From an uncultured Spirochaetota bacterium (GTDB taxonomy: Bacteria; Spirochaetota; Spirochaetia; SZUA-6; CAVTHK01): a stretch of 64,000 bases of DNA. Position numbers and translations under genes: made by a program. The DNA is taken from positions 32,001 to 96,000 of the forward strand of contig CAVTHK010000010.1 of NCBI GenBank assembly GCA_963734495.1, written 5' to 3'. Shown piece by piece: positions 23,451 to 33,504 of the stretch; position 1 is the stretch's first letter; the number at the start of each line of letters is the position of its first letter. Below the pieces are notes generated by a model. The model saw nothing but the letters and a program-made list of their open reading frames with translations. It was not told the origin of the DNA and searched no databases.

Positions 23451-24874
23451 TCAGCGCGTGAGCCCGAGCGTGACGCGGGCGCCATCCCGGTAGATCTGGA
23501 AGCTGACGTCGCGGCCGCGCGCTCTCGTTCAGCGCGCGGTAGAAGTCCATGACGTTGCGCACGTCTTCGTTGTTCACGGACCTCACGATGTCGCCGGGGC
23601 GAAATCCCGCAATCGCGGCGGGACTGCCGTCGGCGACGTTGGAGACCACCAGGTCCCCCACGCCGCGGCTGAGCCTGAGCTGGTCGCGGATGCGGTCGGT
23701 GATGCGCATGACGGATACGCCGGGCCACACCGCCTTCTGCCGGGCCTCGATCTTCTGATCGTCGTCGCGCGCGACGATCGTCACGGTGATCGTCACCGGC
23801 CGGCTGTAGCGGATCAGGTCGAAGCGCACGCGCTTGCCGGGTGCGAGCCCGCCGACGACGCGGAGCAGGTGATTCGTGTTGCGGATCGCCTCGCCGTCGA
23901 TGCTGATGACGAAGTCTCCGGGCAGGATACCCGCCTTTGGCGCGGGTGAGTCCTGGAACACGCTGTAGACGAATCCGCCCTCGCGGCCCTTGACCTTGAG
24001 GTCGTCGGCCATCTCGTCCGGGATGTCGCCCACGTTGATGCCGAGCCAGCCGTACTCCACCCGACCCTTGTTGATGAAGTCGTCGACGACCTTTTTGGCG
24101 GAGTTGATCGGAATGGCGAAGCCGAGGCCGACGTTGCCCCCCGATGGCGAAGCGATCCAGCTGTTGATGCCGATCACCTCGCCGCGGATGTTGGCGAGGG
24201 CGCCGCCCGAGTTGCCCTGGTTTATGGCGGCGTCCGTCTGGATGTACTCGTTGAAGCCGCCCTGCACGCCCGGGCCGGCCTGCCTGCCGATCGCGCTGAT
24301 GATCCCGACCGTCACGGTGGACTCGAACCCCAGCGGGTTGCCGACGGCCACCGCCCAGTCGCCGACCTCGATCCGGTCGGAATCCCCGAGGTCCGCCACG
24401 GGGACCGCGTCGCGGCTCTCAAAGGACACCAGCGCCATGTCACGCCGCGGGTCACGCCCCACGAGCTTCGCGTCGAACTTGCGGCCGTCGTTCAGGTTGA
24501 TCCTGATCTGCTCGGCCTCGCCCACGACGTGATCGTTGGTGAGGACGTACACCCTGGTCGCCTTCCCTGCGCACGATCACTCCCGAACCCAGGCCTTCGC
24601 GGCGGAACTCCTGGTCCTGCGGCTGCGGGCCCCCCTGGTTGCCCTCGGGGCCGCGGGGACCGAAGAAGAAGAAGAACGGGTTCACCCGCTGCGCGGGCTG
24701 CTTGACGACGTCGACCACGTCGATCTCGACCACGCTCGGCAGGACCTTCCTCGCCACAAAGCGGAACGCGTTCTGCAGGTTCTCGAGCGTCGCCATCGCC
24801 CGGTCGGCCTGCGCGTACGCGGCAAGCGCCGCCAGCACCAACAGTCCGAAGATCACGGCCCGTCTGCGGCTCAT
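23451..24874 (-). CDS. degP: Do/HtrA family serine protease with two PDZ domains
   Basis: GLGSGVI, LTNDHVV, IQTDAAINQGNSGGAL, GLGFAIP. Confidence 0.92.
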
Positions 24875-24948
24875 CGATTTTCCTCCTGGTTTCTTTGCGC
24901 CGAAATCCTTCTATGCGCCGACGATATCGTGGCGGAATGACCCGGCCC

Positions 24949-24974
24949 TTACGCCCGCATTACAATTTAGCAAC
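24949..24974 (-). promoter_or_regulatory. Putative OmpR-family regulator binding site upstream of degP
   Basis: Minus strand GTTGCTAAATTGTAAT-GCGGGC-GTAA; GTAA repeats 11 bp apart. Confidence 0.4.
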
Positions 24975-24988
24975 GAACAGGCCGTCGG

Positions 24989-26426
24989 TCAGCCTGTCAG
25001 GCGCGGCAGGACGAGGCGGAAAGAGGACCCGCCCTCCGGAGCGCTCTCCGCGGCGACCGTGCCGCCGTGCGCCTCGATGATCGCCTTGACCAGGCTCAGC
25101 CCCAGGCCCAGGCCCGGCTCGCTCCTGCTGCGGTCGCCCCGGTAGAGGCGATCCCAGATCCGGGGCAGGTCCGTCGCCGGGATTCCGATCCCGGTGTCCG
25201 AGACCTGCAGCACGGCATGCGTCCCCTCCGAGCGCAGCTCGACGGTGATGCGAGCCCCCCGCCGGCGTGTACTTGATCGCGTTGTCGAGCAGGTTCGCGA
25301 GGGCCTGCCGAGCCTGGTGGCGTCCGCCTGCACGCGGACTCCGGCCTCGGTCCGCGCCTCGATGCGCAGCCCTTTGTCCTCGGCGGCGTATGAGTACAGC
25401 TCCGCCATGTCCTCCGCGAGCGCGGCGAGGTCCACCGACTCACGGTTCAGGCGCAGCGCTCCCTGCTCGGCCTCCGCGATGTCGAGCAGCGCGCTGATCA
25501 TGGTGAGCAGGGCCTCCGACTGCCGCACGGATTCCTCGAGGGCCGCCTGCGCGGCGGCGGGGCCGGACCCCGCCCCCTGCTGCCCGCGGTCCGGCCCGCC
25601 GGCGGCGCCGCGGCCGAGAGCGTCCATCGCGAGCTCCACCTGGTTGCGCAGCCGCGTGACCGGCGTGCGCAGGTCGTGCGCGGCGTTGTCCAGCGCGTCG
25701 CGCAGGCCCTGCACGAGCGCCTCGATCCTCTCGAGCATCCGGTTGTAGATCAGCACCAGGTCGTCGAGCTCGTCGCCGGATCCGCTCGTCTCGAGCCGCG
25801 GGCTCATGTGCCCGGTGTCGATGATCGAGCGGATCGCGGCGATCAGGGCCGTGACCGGCCGCAGGAGCCGGCGCGCGAAGAACAGCCCGGCCGCGAACGC
25901 GAGCAGGGCGAGCGGCAGCGAAGCCGTCAGGACGCTCGAGCGGAAGCGCGCGCAGCGACGTCATGATGTCGCCTGCGTCGCGGCCGATCTGCACGTAGCG
26001 GCCCGTCGCCGAGCTCGAGGGCGGCCACCTCGACGGTGCGCCCCGCGGCCAGCGAGCGCAGGAGCACGCGGCTCGTCGCCGGGACGGGGCCCCAGCCGCG
26101 CGAGCGCGCCGCGGTCCAGCCCGCGCCAGAGGTCCGGCACGTGGAGCAGCAGCGTGGTGCCGCCGGCGTCGGCGACCCTGACGAGGTAGTCGAGTCCCTT
26201 CCAGGTAGACGGCGTGCGAAGGCCGGCCTCGTTCAGGATCTCGTCGCCGCAGCGCCGGTACAGCACCCAGAACTCCAGCAGGCGCGATCGCAGCTCCTCT
26301 GCCGCCTCGCGCCGCAGCGCGGAGCCGAGCAGCGCGTAGGAGATGCCGAAGCTCGCCCCCGTCAGCACGATCGTGACCACGGCGAGCAGCAGCGGCGAGG
26401 CGGAACTTAAGGGACCTTGAGCGCAT
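24989..26426 (-). CDS. HAMP-domain sensor histidine kinase (frameshifted)
   Basis: AHDLRTPVTRL H-box, NLLDNAIKY, DTGIGI, RIWDRLYRGD, GLGLGL. Confidence 0.88.
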
Positions 26427-27081
26427 AGCCGGCACCCCGCACCGTCTGGATGAGCTTGGGCTCGAAGTCCCGGTCGATCTTGGCCCGGAGCCTGTGGACG
26501 AGCACGTCGACCACGTTCGTCTGCGGATCGAAGTGGTAGTCCCAGACGTGCTCGAGGATCATGGTCTTGGAGACGACGTTGCCGATGTTCCGCATGAGGT
26601 ACTCGAGCAGGGCGAACTCGCGCGGCTGCAGCTCGATGCGCACGCCGCCGCGCCGCGCCTCGCGCGCGAGCAGGTCCAGCTCCAGGTCGCCGACCTGCAG
26701 CAGCGTGCTCGAGGCCGTGGCCGAGGCGCGGCGCAGCAGCGCCTGGACGCGCGCGAGGAGCTCGGCAAAGGCAAACGGCTTGGTGAGGTAGTCGTCGCCG
26801 CCCGCCTGCAGGCCGCGCACGCGGTCGTCCACCGAGCGCCGGGCCGAGAGGATCAGGACCGGTGTCGTCCCCCCCGCCTTGCGCAGCGCGTCGATGAGCG
26901 AGAGCCCGTCGAGGCCCGGAAGCATGAGGTCCACGATGAGCACGTCGTACGGCCCGTGGCGCGCCAGCGCCAGGGCATCGCTTCCGTCGACGACTTCGTC
27001 GACGGCGTACCCGGCCTGCCGCAGCCCCCCCGCGACGAAGCCCGAGATCTCCTTGTCGTCTTCCACCACGAGGATACGCAT
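26407..27081 (-). CDS. OmpR/CusR-like response regulator
   Basis: ILVVEDD, DLMLPGLDG, DDYLTKPF, HFDPQTNVVDVLV, IQTVRGAGY. Confidence 0.95.
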   Translation of the reverse strand: MRILVVEDDKEISGFVAGGLRQAGYAVDEVVDGSDALALARHGPYDVLIVDLMLPGLDGLSLIDALRKAGGTTPVLILSARRSVDDRVRGLQAGGDDYLTKPFAFAELLARVQALLRRASATASSTLLQVGDLELDLLAREARRGGVRIELQPREFALLEYLMRNIGNVVSKTMILEHVWDYHFDPQTNVVDVLVHRLRAKIDRDFEPKLIQTVRGAGYALKVP

Positions 27082-27263
27082 GACTCGCTATCCTCCCCTT
27101 TCGCTCGCGCGCGGCATCGGGGCCCGCGCGGCGCGCGGACGCGATGTCCATTATACGCACCGCGCGCGCCCGGGTCATCCGCGCCGGACGCGCGGAGACG
27201 CGCAGCACACCGGGGCCCGACTCCCCTTGCCTGAGCCTCGCCGCCAGTGGGATACTACTCGCG

Positions 27264-28046
27264 ATGCCGATCCGCTCACAGCCCAACCCCTTCGGAGGGT
27301 GCGTCGTGGAAGCGGGCTCGCTTCCCGAATCGGCCGCCGAGTTCCGCGAGATGCTCGCGGCGTCCATCAGCGCCTGGCGCGAACAGGGCGTCAAGGTCGC
27401 CTGGCTGACGCTGCCGATCGACCGGGCGTCCCTGGTCCCGGTCGCCGCGGAGGCCGGCTTCCTCTTCCATCACGCCGAGGAGCGCGAGCTCACCCTCACC
27501 CTGCGGATCGTCGAAGGCGCCTACGTCCCGCCGTCGGCGACGCACTTTATCGGCGCGGGGGGCGTCGTGCTCACGCCCGACCGGCGGCTGCTGGTCGTGT
27601 CCGAGCGCCATCGCAGGGCGGGCACGGGGCGCCACTACAAGCTGCCCGGCGGCGCGCTGCACCCGCGCGAGCACATCGTCGCCGCGGTCATCCGCGAGAT
27701 CCGCGAGGAGACGGGCATCCTCACCCGCTTCCGCGCCCTCGTCTGCTTCCGGCACTGGCACGGGTACCGCGACGGGAAGTCGGACATCTATTTCGTGTGC
27801 CGCCTCGACCCGCTGTCGACCGAGATCACCTGCCAGAGCGAGGAGCTCGACGAGTGCCGCTGGATGCCGGTGGACGAGTACCTCGCCCACGAAGAGGCGA
27901 GCGTCTTCAACAAGCGCGTGGTGCGCGCCGCGCTCAAGGGCGACCTGATCGTGCCGGAGGAGATCTCCGGGTACGGCGCGCCCGAGACGCACGAGCTGTT
28001 CATGCCGCCTGAGAACGGCAGCGCGCCCGGGCAGCTCCCCGCCTAG
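27264..28046 (+). CDS. Nudix hydrolase (NUDT6-like)
   Basis: GFLFHHA N-domain; KLPGGALHPREHIVAAVIREIREETG Nudix box; KSDIYFVC. Confidence 0.88.
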   Translation: MPIRSQPNPFGGCVVEAGSLPESAAEFREMLAASISAWREQGVKVAWLTLPIDRASLVPVAAEAGFLFHHAEERELTLTLRIVEGAYVPPSATHFIGAGGVVLTPDRRLLVVSERHRRAGTGRHYKLPGGALHPREHIVAAVIREIREETGILTRFRALVCFRHWHGYRDGKSDIYFVCRLDPLSTEITCQSEELDECRWMPVDEYLAHEEASVFNKRVVRAALKGDLIVPEEISGYGAPETHELFMPPENGSAPGQLPA

Positions 28047-28069
28047 ACGCCGGGTGATAGGAGGCAGCC

Positions 28070-28788
28070 ATGGCGGCCACGGAAAGGGCTTACGGGGCCA
28101 GGTCGTTCGAGGAGGACGAGATCCCGACCTCGGGCGGACCTCTGGTCGTAACCAGCATCGGGCACGGGTCGCTCATGCTCGCCTGGCGCGGACTCGTGGT
28201 CCACGTCGACCCGGTGAGCGCGGAGGCGCGCTACGAGGACCTGCCGCCCGCGGGTCTGATCCTGATCACGCATTCGCACGGCGACCACTTCGACCCGGCC
28301 GTGATCGACCTGCTGTGCCGGCCGGACACCGAGATCGTGATGACAGAGGGGGCCTTCGCGAAGATAAAAGGGACGCGCGCGGCTGCCAGGGCGACGATCG
28401 CGCGCAACGGCGAGCGCCTCACTGCGCGCGGCTCCCCGTCGAGGCGGTCCCAGCCTACAATATCCGGCACCTCAGGTCCGCGGGAGCTCCGTTCCACCCG
28501 AGCGGCGAGGGCAACGGGTACGTCGTCACGTTCGCCGACAAGAGGGTCTACGTCGCCGGCGACACCGAAGACACGCCCGAGATGCGCGCTCTCCGGGGCG
28601 TGGACGTGGCCTTCCTTCCGATGAACCTGCCCTACACGATGACGCCTCGCATGGTGGCCGAGGCCGCCCGGGCCTTCAGGCCCGCCATCCTCTACCCGTA
28701 CCACACCGGCGACACCGACGTGAGCGAGCTCGCGCGACTGCTGGCCGAGCTTCCGGAGGTGGAGGTCAGGCTGCGGCGCCTGGCCTGA
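28070..28788 (+). CDS. MBL-fold metallo-hydrolase (frameshifted)
   Basis: GHGSL, VDP, THSHGDHFD, YVAGDT, PMNLPYTM, YPYH. Confidence 0.85.
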
Positions 28789-28801
28789 TCCCGACGCGCT
28801 G

Positions 28802-30157
28802 CTATCGCGGTGGCCTGCGGGATTCCAGGTGTGCGTTGATGGTCCGGCAGAGCCACTCCTTCTCGCGGTCCGTGAGCGAGGTCCCCAGCCGCATGCGCAC
28901 CGCGCCCGCCTCGAGCACGCAGACGGTTTCGCGAACCCGCGGAGCCGTCGGCTGCGTCTCGATGCGGCAAGGGCCGACCTCCGAGAGAGGAACCGTCATG
29001 GCGCGGGAAAAGGAAAAGAGCCTTCTGACAAGGGTCATCTGCGAGGAGCCGAGGACGATCTCGCTCCTGCCGAAGACGCTGTTCACGGTCCGGTACATGA
29101 GATAGATGCCCACGCACCAGAACGGGATCGAGAAAAGGGGGAAGAAGATCGGCGCCCCCATTGCGATGGCCGAGACCGTCCAGAACGCGACGAACGCGAG
29201 CCAGAACGCCGAGAATCCCCCCTGCGCCACCGCGGCGGCCCCGAGAACCCCCTCGGGTACGACGATCACGCGCCCGTCCCGGCCCTCGCGGACCTGGATC
29301 CGCGAACCGAAGGGCTTGTCGCCCGCGGCCGCAGCGCTCCCGCGGCGCCGGCAGGCGCGGCGGTCCCCGCGAGCAGCGCGATCGCGCGCTCGACCGGGAG
29401 CGTGCGCCGCGATTCGTCCGGCTCGAGGTAGCTGTCGAGCACCTCCGCGAGCGCGGGCGACACCTCGATCGCCGATCGGAAGTCCAGCTTGAGGTCGCGG
29501 GTCGGGAGATCGGTCGGGTCGCAGTGCGTGAGCAGGACGACGATCGTGACGGCGACCGCGTACAGGTCCGAGCGCACCGTCGCGCGTCCGAGCATCTGTT
29601 CCGGGGGAACGTAGTCCGGGCGTGCCGATCACCGTGTTGCCTCCGACCGCCTGCAGACGCAGGACGTCCTGCACGCCGCCGAAATCGACGAGGTAGACGG
29701 TCCCGTCGTCGGAACGCAGCACGTTCTTCGGGTTGATGTCCCGATGCACGATGGGGGGCCGCAGCGAGTGGATGTAGCCGACGATGGCGAGAAGCCGCGC
29801 GCCGATGTCACGGATCTGCTCCTCGGTGCCGCGCCACCCGGACGACACGAGCGCCCGAAGGCACGGCGCCGCGATGTACTGCTGCACCAGCCCGAACGTG
29901 TGCTGCCCGTCGATCTCCGCGGCGAAGGAGTCTACGTACCGGGGAATCGAGGGGTGGTTGAGGCTCTTGAGCACACGCGCCTCGCGCTCGAACAGCTCGA
30001 CCTGCGTCCACCCCCGCACGTCGGACATGCGCAGCAGCTTGACGACCACCTGCCCGCCGCTTTCCGTATCCTCCCCGAGGTAAGCGGTCCCCTGGCCTCC
30101 CTGCCCCAGCGGCCGCAAGAGCCGGTAGCGGCCGCGGACGAGCTCGTTCGTCTCCAT
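28802..30157 (-). CDS. Hanks-type Ser/Thr protein kinase with C-terminal membrane domain
   Basis: LGQGGQG, VVVK, FEREARVL, HRDINPKN, DFG; TM hairpin FSAFWLAFVAFWT...FSIPFW. Confidence 0.88.
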   Translation of the reverse strand: METNELVRGRYRLLRPLGQGGQGTAYLGEDTESGGQVVVKLLRMSDVRGWTQVELFEREARVLKSLNHPSIPRYVDSFAAEIDGQHTFGLVQQYIAAPCLRALVSSGWRGTEEQIRDIGARLLAIVGYIHSLRPPIVHRDINPKNVLRSDDGTVYLVDFGGVQDVLRLQAVGGNTVIGTPGLRSPGTDARTRDGALGPVRGRRHDRRPAHALRPDRSPDPRPQAGLPIGDRGVARARGGARQLPRAGRIAAHAPGRARDRAARGDRRACRRRGSAAAAGDKPFGSRIQVREGRDGRVIVVPEGVLGAAAVAQGGFSAFWLAFVAFWTVSAIAMGAPIFFPLFSIPFWCVGIYLMYRTVNSVFGRSEIVLGSSQMTLVRRLFSFSRAMTVPLSEVGPCRIETQPTAPRVRETVCVLEAGAVRMRLGTSLTDREKEWLCRTINAHLESRRPPR

Positions 30158-30271
30158 ACGCCGACGACCGTAGACTCACGCTGCCCGACGGTCAAGACGG
30201 AGGGCGGCCGGGCGAAGACCTTCAATCTTTTTCCGTTTGACCCCGTCGGCCCGACGGTCTATGTATCTCCC

Positions 30272-31201
30272 ATGGGGTACGTGCCGCGCGGAGTGATCCC
30301 CGCAGTGCTGCTGCCTTTCGACGCCGACCTCTCCATAGACGAGCCGGCCTACCGCGCTCACCTCAGGGACGTCCTCGCCGTCGAGGGGGTGAGCGCGATC
30401 ACGGTCTGCGCCCACTCCTCCGAGGTCCACGCCCTGTCGGCCGAGGAGCAGAAGCGCGTCCTCGCGATCTCGGTGGAGGAGGCCGCCGGCGGAGTGCCCG
30501 TCATCTGCGGCATCTACGCCGACGCGACGGAGCATGCGGCCCGGCTCGCGCGGCAGGCGGCTGCCGGCGGCGCCGCCGCGCTGCTGATCTTTCCGAGCCA
30601 GGTCTGGCTGTTCGGCGCGGTGCACAGGCCCGAGATGGTCGTGCATCACTTTCGCCGGATCGCCGAGGCCACGGACCTGCCGCTCGTCGCCTTCAACTAC
30701 CCTCTCGCGACCGGGCTCGGCTACACGACCGAATGCCTCCTCGAGCTCGCGGGCGCGGTCCCGCGCGTGGTCGCGATCAAGGACTGGTGCGGCAATCCGG
30801 TGCAGCACGAACGGAACATCAGGCTCCTTCAGGGCGTCGGGAGACCTTTCTCCGTGCTCACCACGCACAGCGCCTGGCTGATGGCCTCGCTCGCGATGGG
30901 CGCGGACGGGCTGCTGTCCGGGGCCGGCAGCGTGATCGCGGGGCTCCAGTCGCGCCTGTGGGCCGCGGTCCAGGCCGGCGATCTCACCGCGGCCCGCGCG
31001 CTCAACGACCGCATCTGGCCGATCGCGAGCGCCTTCTACACGGACCCGTTCCTCGACATGCACAACCGCATGAAGGAGGCTCTGGTCCTTCTCGGGAAGC
31101 TCGGCTCGGCGCACGTGCGTCCGCCGCTGCTCAAGCTCCCGGAGGCGGAGATCCTCCGCATCAGGGAGGCGCTGGTGCAGGGGGGCCTGCTGCCGCGCTG
31201 A
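30272..31201 (+). CDS. Dihydrodipicolinate synthase-family aldolase (probably not bona fide DapA)
   Basis: GVIPAVLLPF, FNYP, AIKD Schiff-base Lys; CAHSSE in place of GTTGE. Confidence 0.85.
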   Translation: MGYVPRGVIPAVLLPFDADLSIDEPAYRAHLRDVLAVEGVSAITVCAHSSEVHALSAEEQKRVLAISVEEAAGGVPVICGIYADATEHAARLARQAAAGGAAALLIFPSQVWLFGAVHRPEMVVHHFRRIAEATDLPLVAFNYPLATGLGYTTECLLELAGAVPRVVAIKDWCGNPVQHERNIRLLQGVGRPFSVLTTHSAWLMASLAMGADGLLSGAGSVIAGLQSRLWAAVQAGDLTAARALNDRIWPIASAFYTDPFLDMHNRMKEALVLLGKLGSAHVRPPLLKLPEAEILRIREALVQGGLLPR

Positions 31202-31270
31202 CTTGACTCCCTGCCGCGCGCGACGCCGCCACGATGCGGGCGCGGGTCGGCCTGCCGCGCGGCGACCGCG

Positions 31271-31286
31271 TCGCAATATATTGTGT
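31271..31286. promoter_or_regulatory. AT-rich palindrome resembling an NrdR box upstream of yejB
   Basis: TCGCAATATATTGTGT matches 14/16 positions of acaCwAtATaTwGtgt. Confidence 0.4.
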
Positions 31287-31352
31287 TGCAGAGGCGTCTG
31301 ACGCCTCGCCTGCCCGGAGGGCGGGTTCGCTCGGAAGGGACCGACTGCCAAA

Positions 31353-32465
31353 ATGTACGCGTACATCGCACGCCGACTGCTGCTCATCATTCCCACCCTC
31401 GTCGGCATCATGGTGATCAACTTCTTCGTCATCCAGATCGTGCCCGGCGGGCCCGTGGAGCAGCTCATCGCGCAGATGACGCAAACCGCGGTGTCCGCGA
31501 CGGCGCGCATCTCGGGCGGGGGCGGCGAGACGGCGGGTGCGCAGCCCGCGGCGGGCACGGGCGCCGGCTCCGACCTCGGCTCGCGCTACCGCGGCGCGCG
31601 CGGGCTGGACCCGGCGTTCGTCAAGGAGATCGAGAAGATGTACGGGATGGACAAGCCCATCACCGCGCGTTTTCTCGACATGATGAAGCGCTACGTCACC
31701 TTCGACTTCGGCGACAGCTTCTTCCAGGACCGCAGGGTCGTAGACCTCGTCCGCGAGCGCATGCCGGTCTCCATCTCGATCGGGCTCTGGACGACGCTCC
31801 TCGTGTACCTCATCTCCATACCGCTGGGCATCCGCAAGGCGGTCCTCGACGGCACGAGGTTCGACGTGGTGACCAGCAGCGTTGTGACGGTGGCCTACTC
31901 CATTCCGGGCTACCTCTTCGCGATCCTGCTGATCGTGTTCTTCGCCGGCGGGAGGTACCTGAGCCTCTTCCCCCTGCGTGGGATCGTTTCGGACAACTGG
32001 CGGGAACTCCCCCTTTTGCAGAAGGTGCTCGACTACTTCTGGCACATGGCGCTGCCCATCGTCGCGATGGTGATCAGCGGCTTCGCCGGCCTGACCATGC
32101 TCACCAAGAACTTCTTTGTCGACCAGATCAAGCAGCAGTACGTGACTACGGCGCGCGCCAAGGGGCTTACGGAAAAGCGCGTCCTCTACGGGCACGTCTT
32201 CCGCAACGCCATGCTCCTGGTGCTCTCCGGCATCCCCGAGGCCTTCATCAGCATCCTGTTCACGGGATCGCTGCTGATCGAGGTCATCTTCTCTCTGAAC
32301 GGGCTCGGCCTTCTCGGCTTCGAGGCCGCGATCAAGCGCGACTACCCCGTGATGTTCGCGTCGCTGTACTTCTTCTCGCTGCTGGGCCTGGTGATGCGCC
32401 TGGTGAGCGATCTCATGTACGTCGTCGTCGACCCCCGCATCGACTTCGAGTCGAGGGAGGTGTGA
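31353..32465 (+). CDS. yejB: Peptide ABC permease YejB
   Basis: YIARRLLLIIPT, PGGPVEQ, YRGARGLDP, LTMLTKN, DPRIDFESR. Confidence 0.9.
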   Translation: MYAYIARRLLLIIPTLVGIMVINFFVIQIVPGGPVEQLIAQMTQTAVSATARISGGGGETAGAQPAAGTGAGSDLGSRYRGARGLDPAFVKEIEKMYGMDKPITARFLDMMKRYVTFDFGDSFFQDRRVVDLVRERMPVSISIGLWTTLLVYLISIPLGIRKAVLDGTRFDVVTSSVVTVAYSIPGYLFAILLIVFFAGGRYLSLFPLRGIVSDNWRELPLLQKVLDYFWHMALPIVAMVISGFAGLTMLTKNFFVDQIKQQYVTTARAKGLTEKRVLYGHVFRNAMLLVLSGIPEAFISILFTGSLLIEVIFSLNGLGLLGFEAAIKRDYPVMFASLYFFSLLGLVMRLVSDLMYVVVDPRIDFESREV

Positions 32466-32469
32466 CGCG

Positions 32470-33504
32470 ATGACGGAGCTCGCCAGGCGCAGGCTCGCCA
32501 ATTTCCGAGCGAACCGCAGGGGCTTGGTCTCGTTCTGGGTCTTCTGCGTGCTCTTCCTCGTCAGCCTCTTCGCGGACTTCATCGCCAACGACAGGCCGCT
32601 GCTGATCTACTTCGACGGCAAGCTCCTGTTCCCCGTGCTCAAGCAGTATCCCGAGACATTCTTCGGCGGGGAGTTCCCCACGGAGGCGGACTACCACGAC
32701 GACTACGTCAAGGGGCTCATCCGGAAGAAGGGGTGGATACTCTGGCCTCCGGTCCCCTACTCCTACGACACGGTGGTCTACGGCAAGCCGGCCCCGGCCG
32801 CGCCGTCGTGGCGGAACCTCCTCGGCACCGACGACCAGTCCCGCGACGTGCTGGCGCGCCTGATCTACGGGTTCCGCATTTCGGTCCTCTTCGGCCTCGT
32901 GCTCACGTTCTTCTCGATGATCATCGGGGTGAGCGCCGGCGCGATCCAGGGCTTCTTCGGAGGCTGGGTCGACCTCGGCTCCCAGCGCTTCATGGAGATC
33001 TGGTCGTCGATGCCGACGCTCTACCTGCTGATCATCCTCTCCAGCGTCGTCGAGCCCGGCTTCTGGTGGCTCCTCGTGATCATGCTGCTCTTCGGCTGGA
33101 TGGGGTACGTCGGCGTCGTCCGCGCCGAGTTCCTCCGCGCCCGCAACTTCGACTACGTGCGGGCGGCGCGGGCGATGGGCGTCTCCAACGTCGCGATCAT
33201 GTTCCGCCACCTGCTTCCCAACGCGACCGTCGCCACGATCACCTTCTTCCCCTTCAACCTGAGCGGCGCGATCACGGCCCTCACCTCGCTCGACTTCCTC
33301 GGGTTCGGGCTCCCTCCCGGCTCGCCCTCGCTCGGCGAGATGGTGAACCAGGCCAGGAACAACCTGCAGGCGCCCTGGCTCGGTCTCACGAGCTTCATCA
33401 CCCTGGGCTTGATGCTCAGCCTGCTGATGTTCGTCGGCGAAGCCGTCCGCGACGCCTTCGACCCCCGCAAGGTGTACGCGAGCTCGTCGGTGGGGGCGGC
33501 ATGA
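32470..33504 (+). CDS. yejE: Peptide ABC permease YejE
   Basis: FRANRRG, IANDRPL, YPETFFGGEFPTEADY, GTDDQSRDVLAR. Confidence 0.9.
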   Translation: MTELARRRLANFRANRRGLVSFWVFCVLFLVSLFADFIANDRPLLIYFDGKLLFPVLKQYPETFFGGEFPTEADYHDDYVKGLIRKKGWILWPPVPYSYDTVVYGKPAPAAPSWRNLLGTDDQSRDVLARLIYGFRISVLFGLVLTFFSMIIGVSAGAIQGFFGGWVDLGSQRFMEIWSSMPTLYLLIILSSVVEPGFWWLLVIMLLFGWMGYVGVVRAEFLRARNFDYVRAARAMGVSNVAIMFRHLLPNATVATITFFPFNLSGAITALTSLDFLGFGLPPGSPSLGEMVNQARNNLQAPWLGLTSFITLGLMLSLLMFVGEAVRDAFDPRKVYASSSVGAA

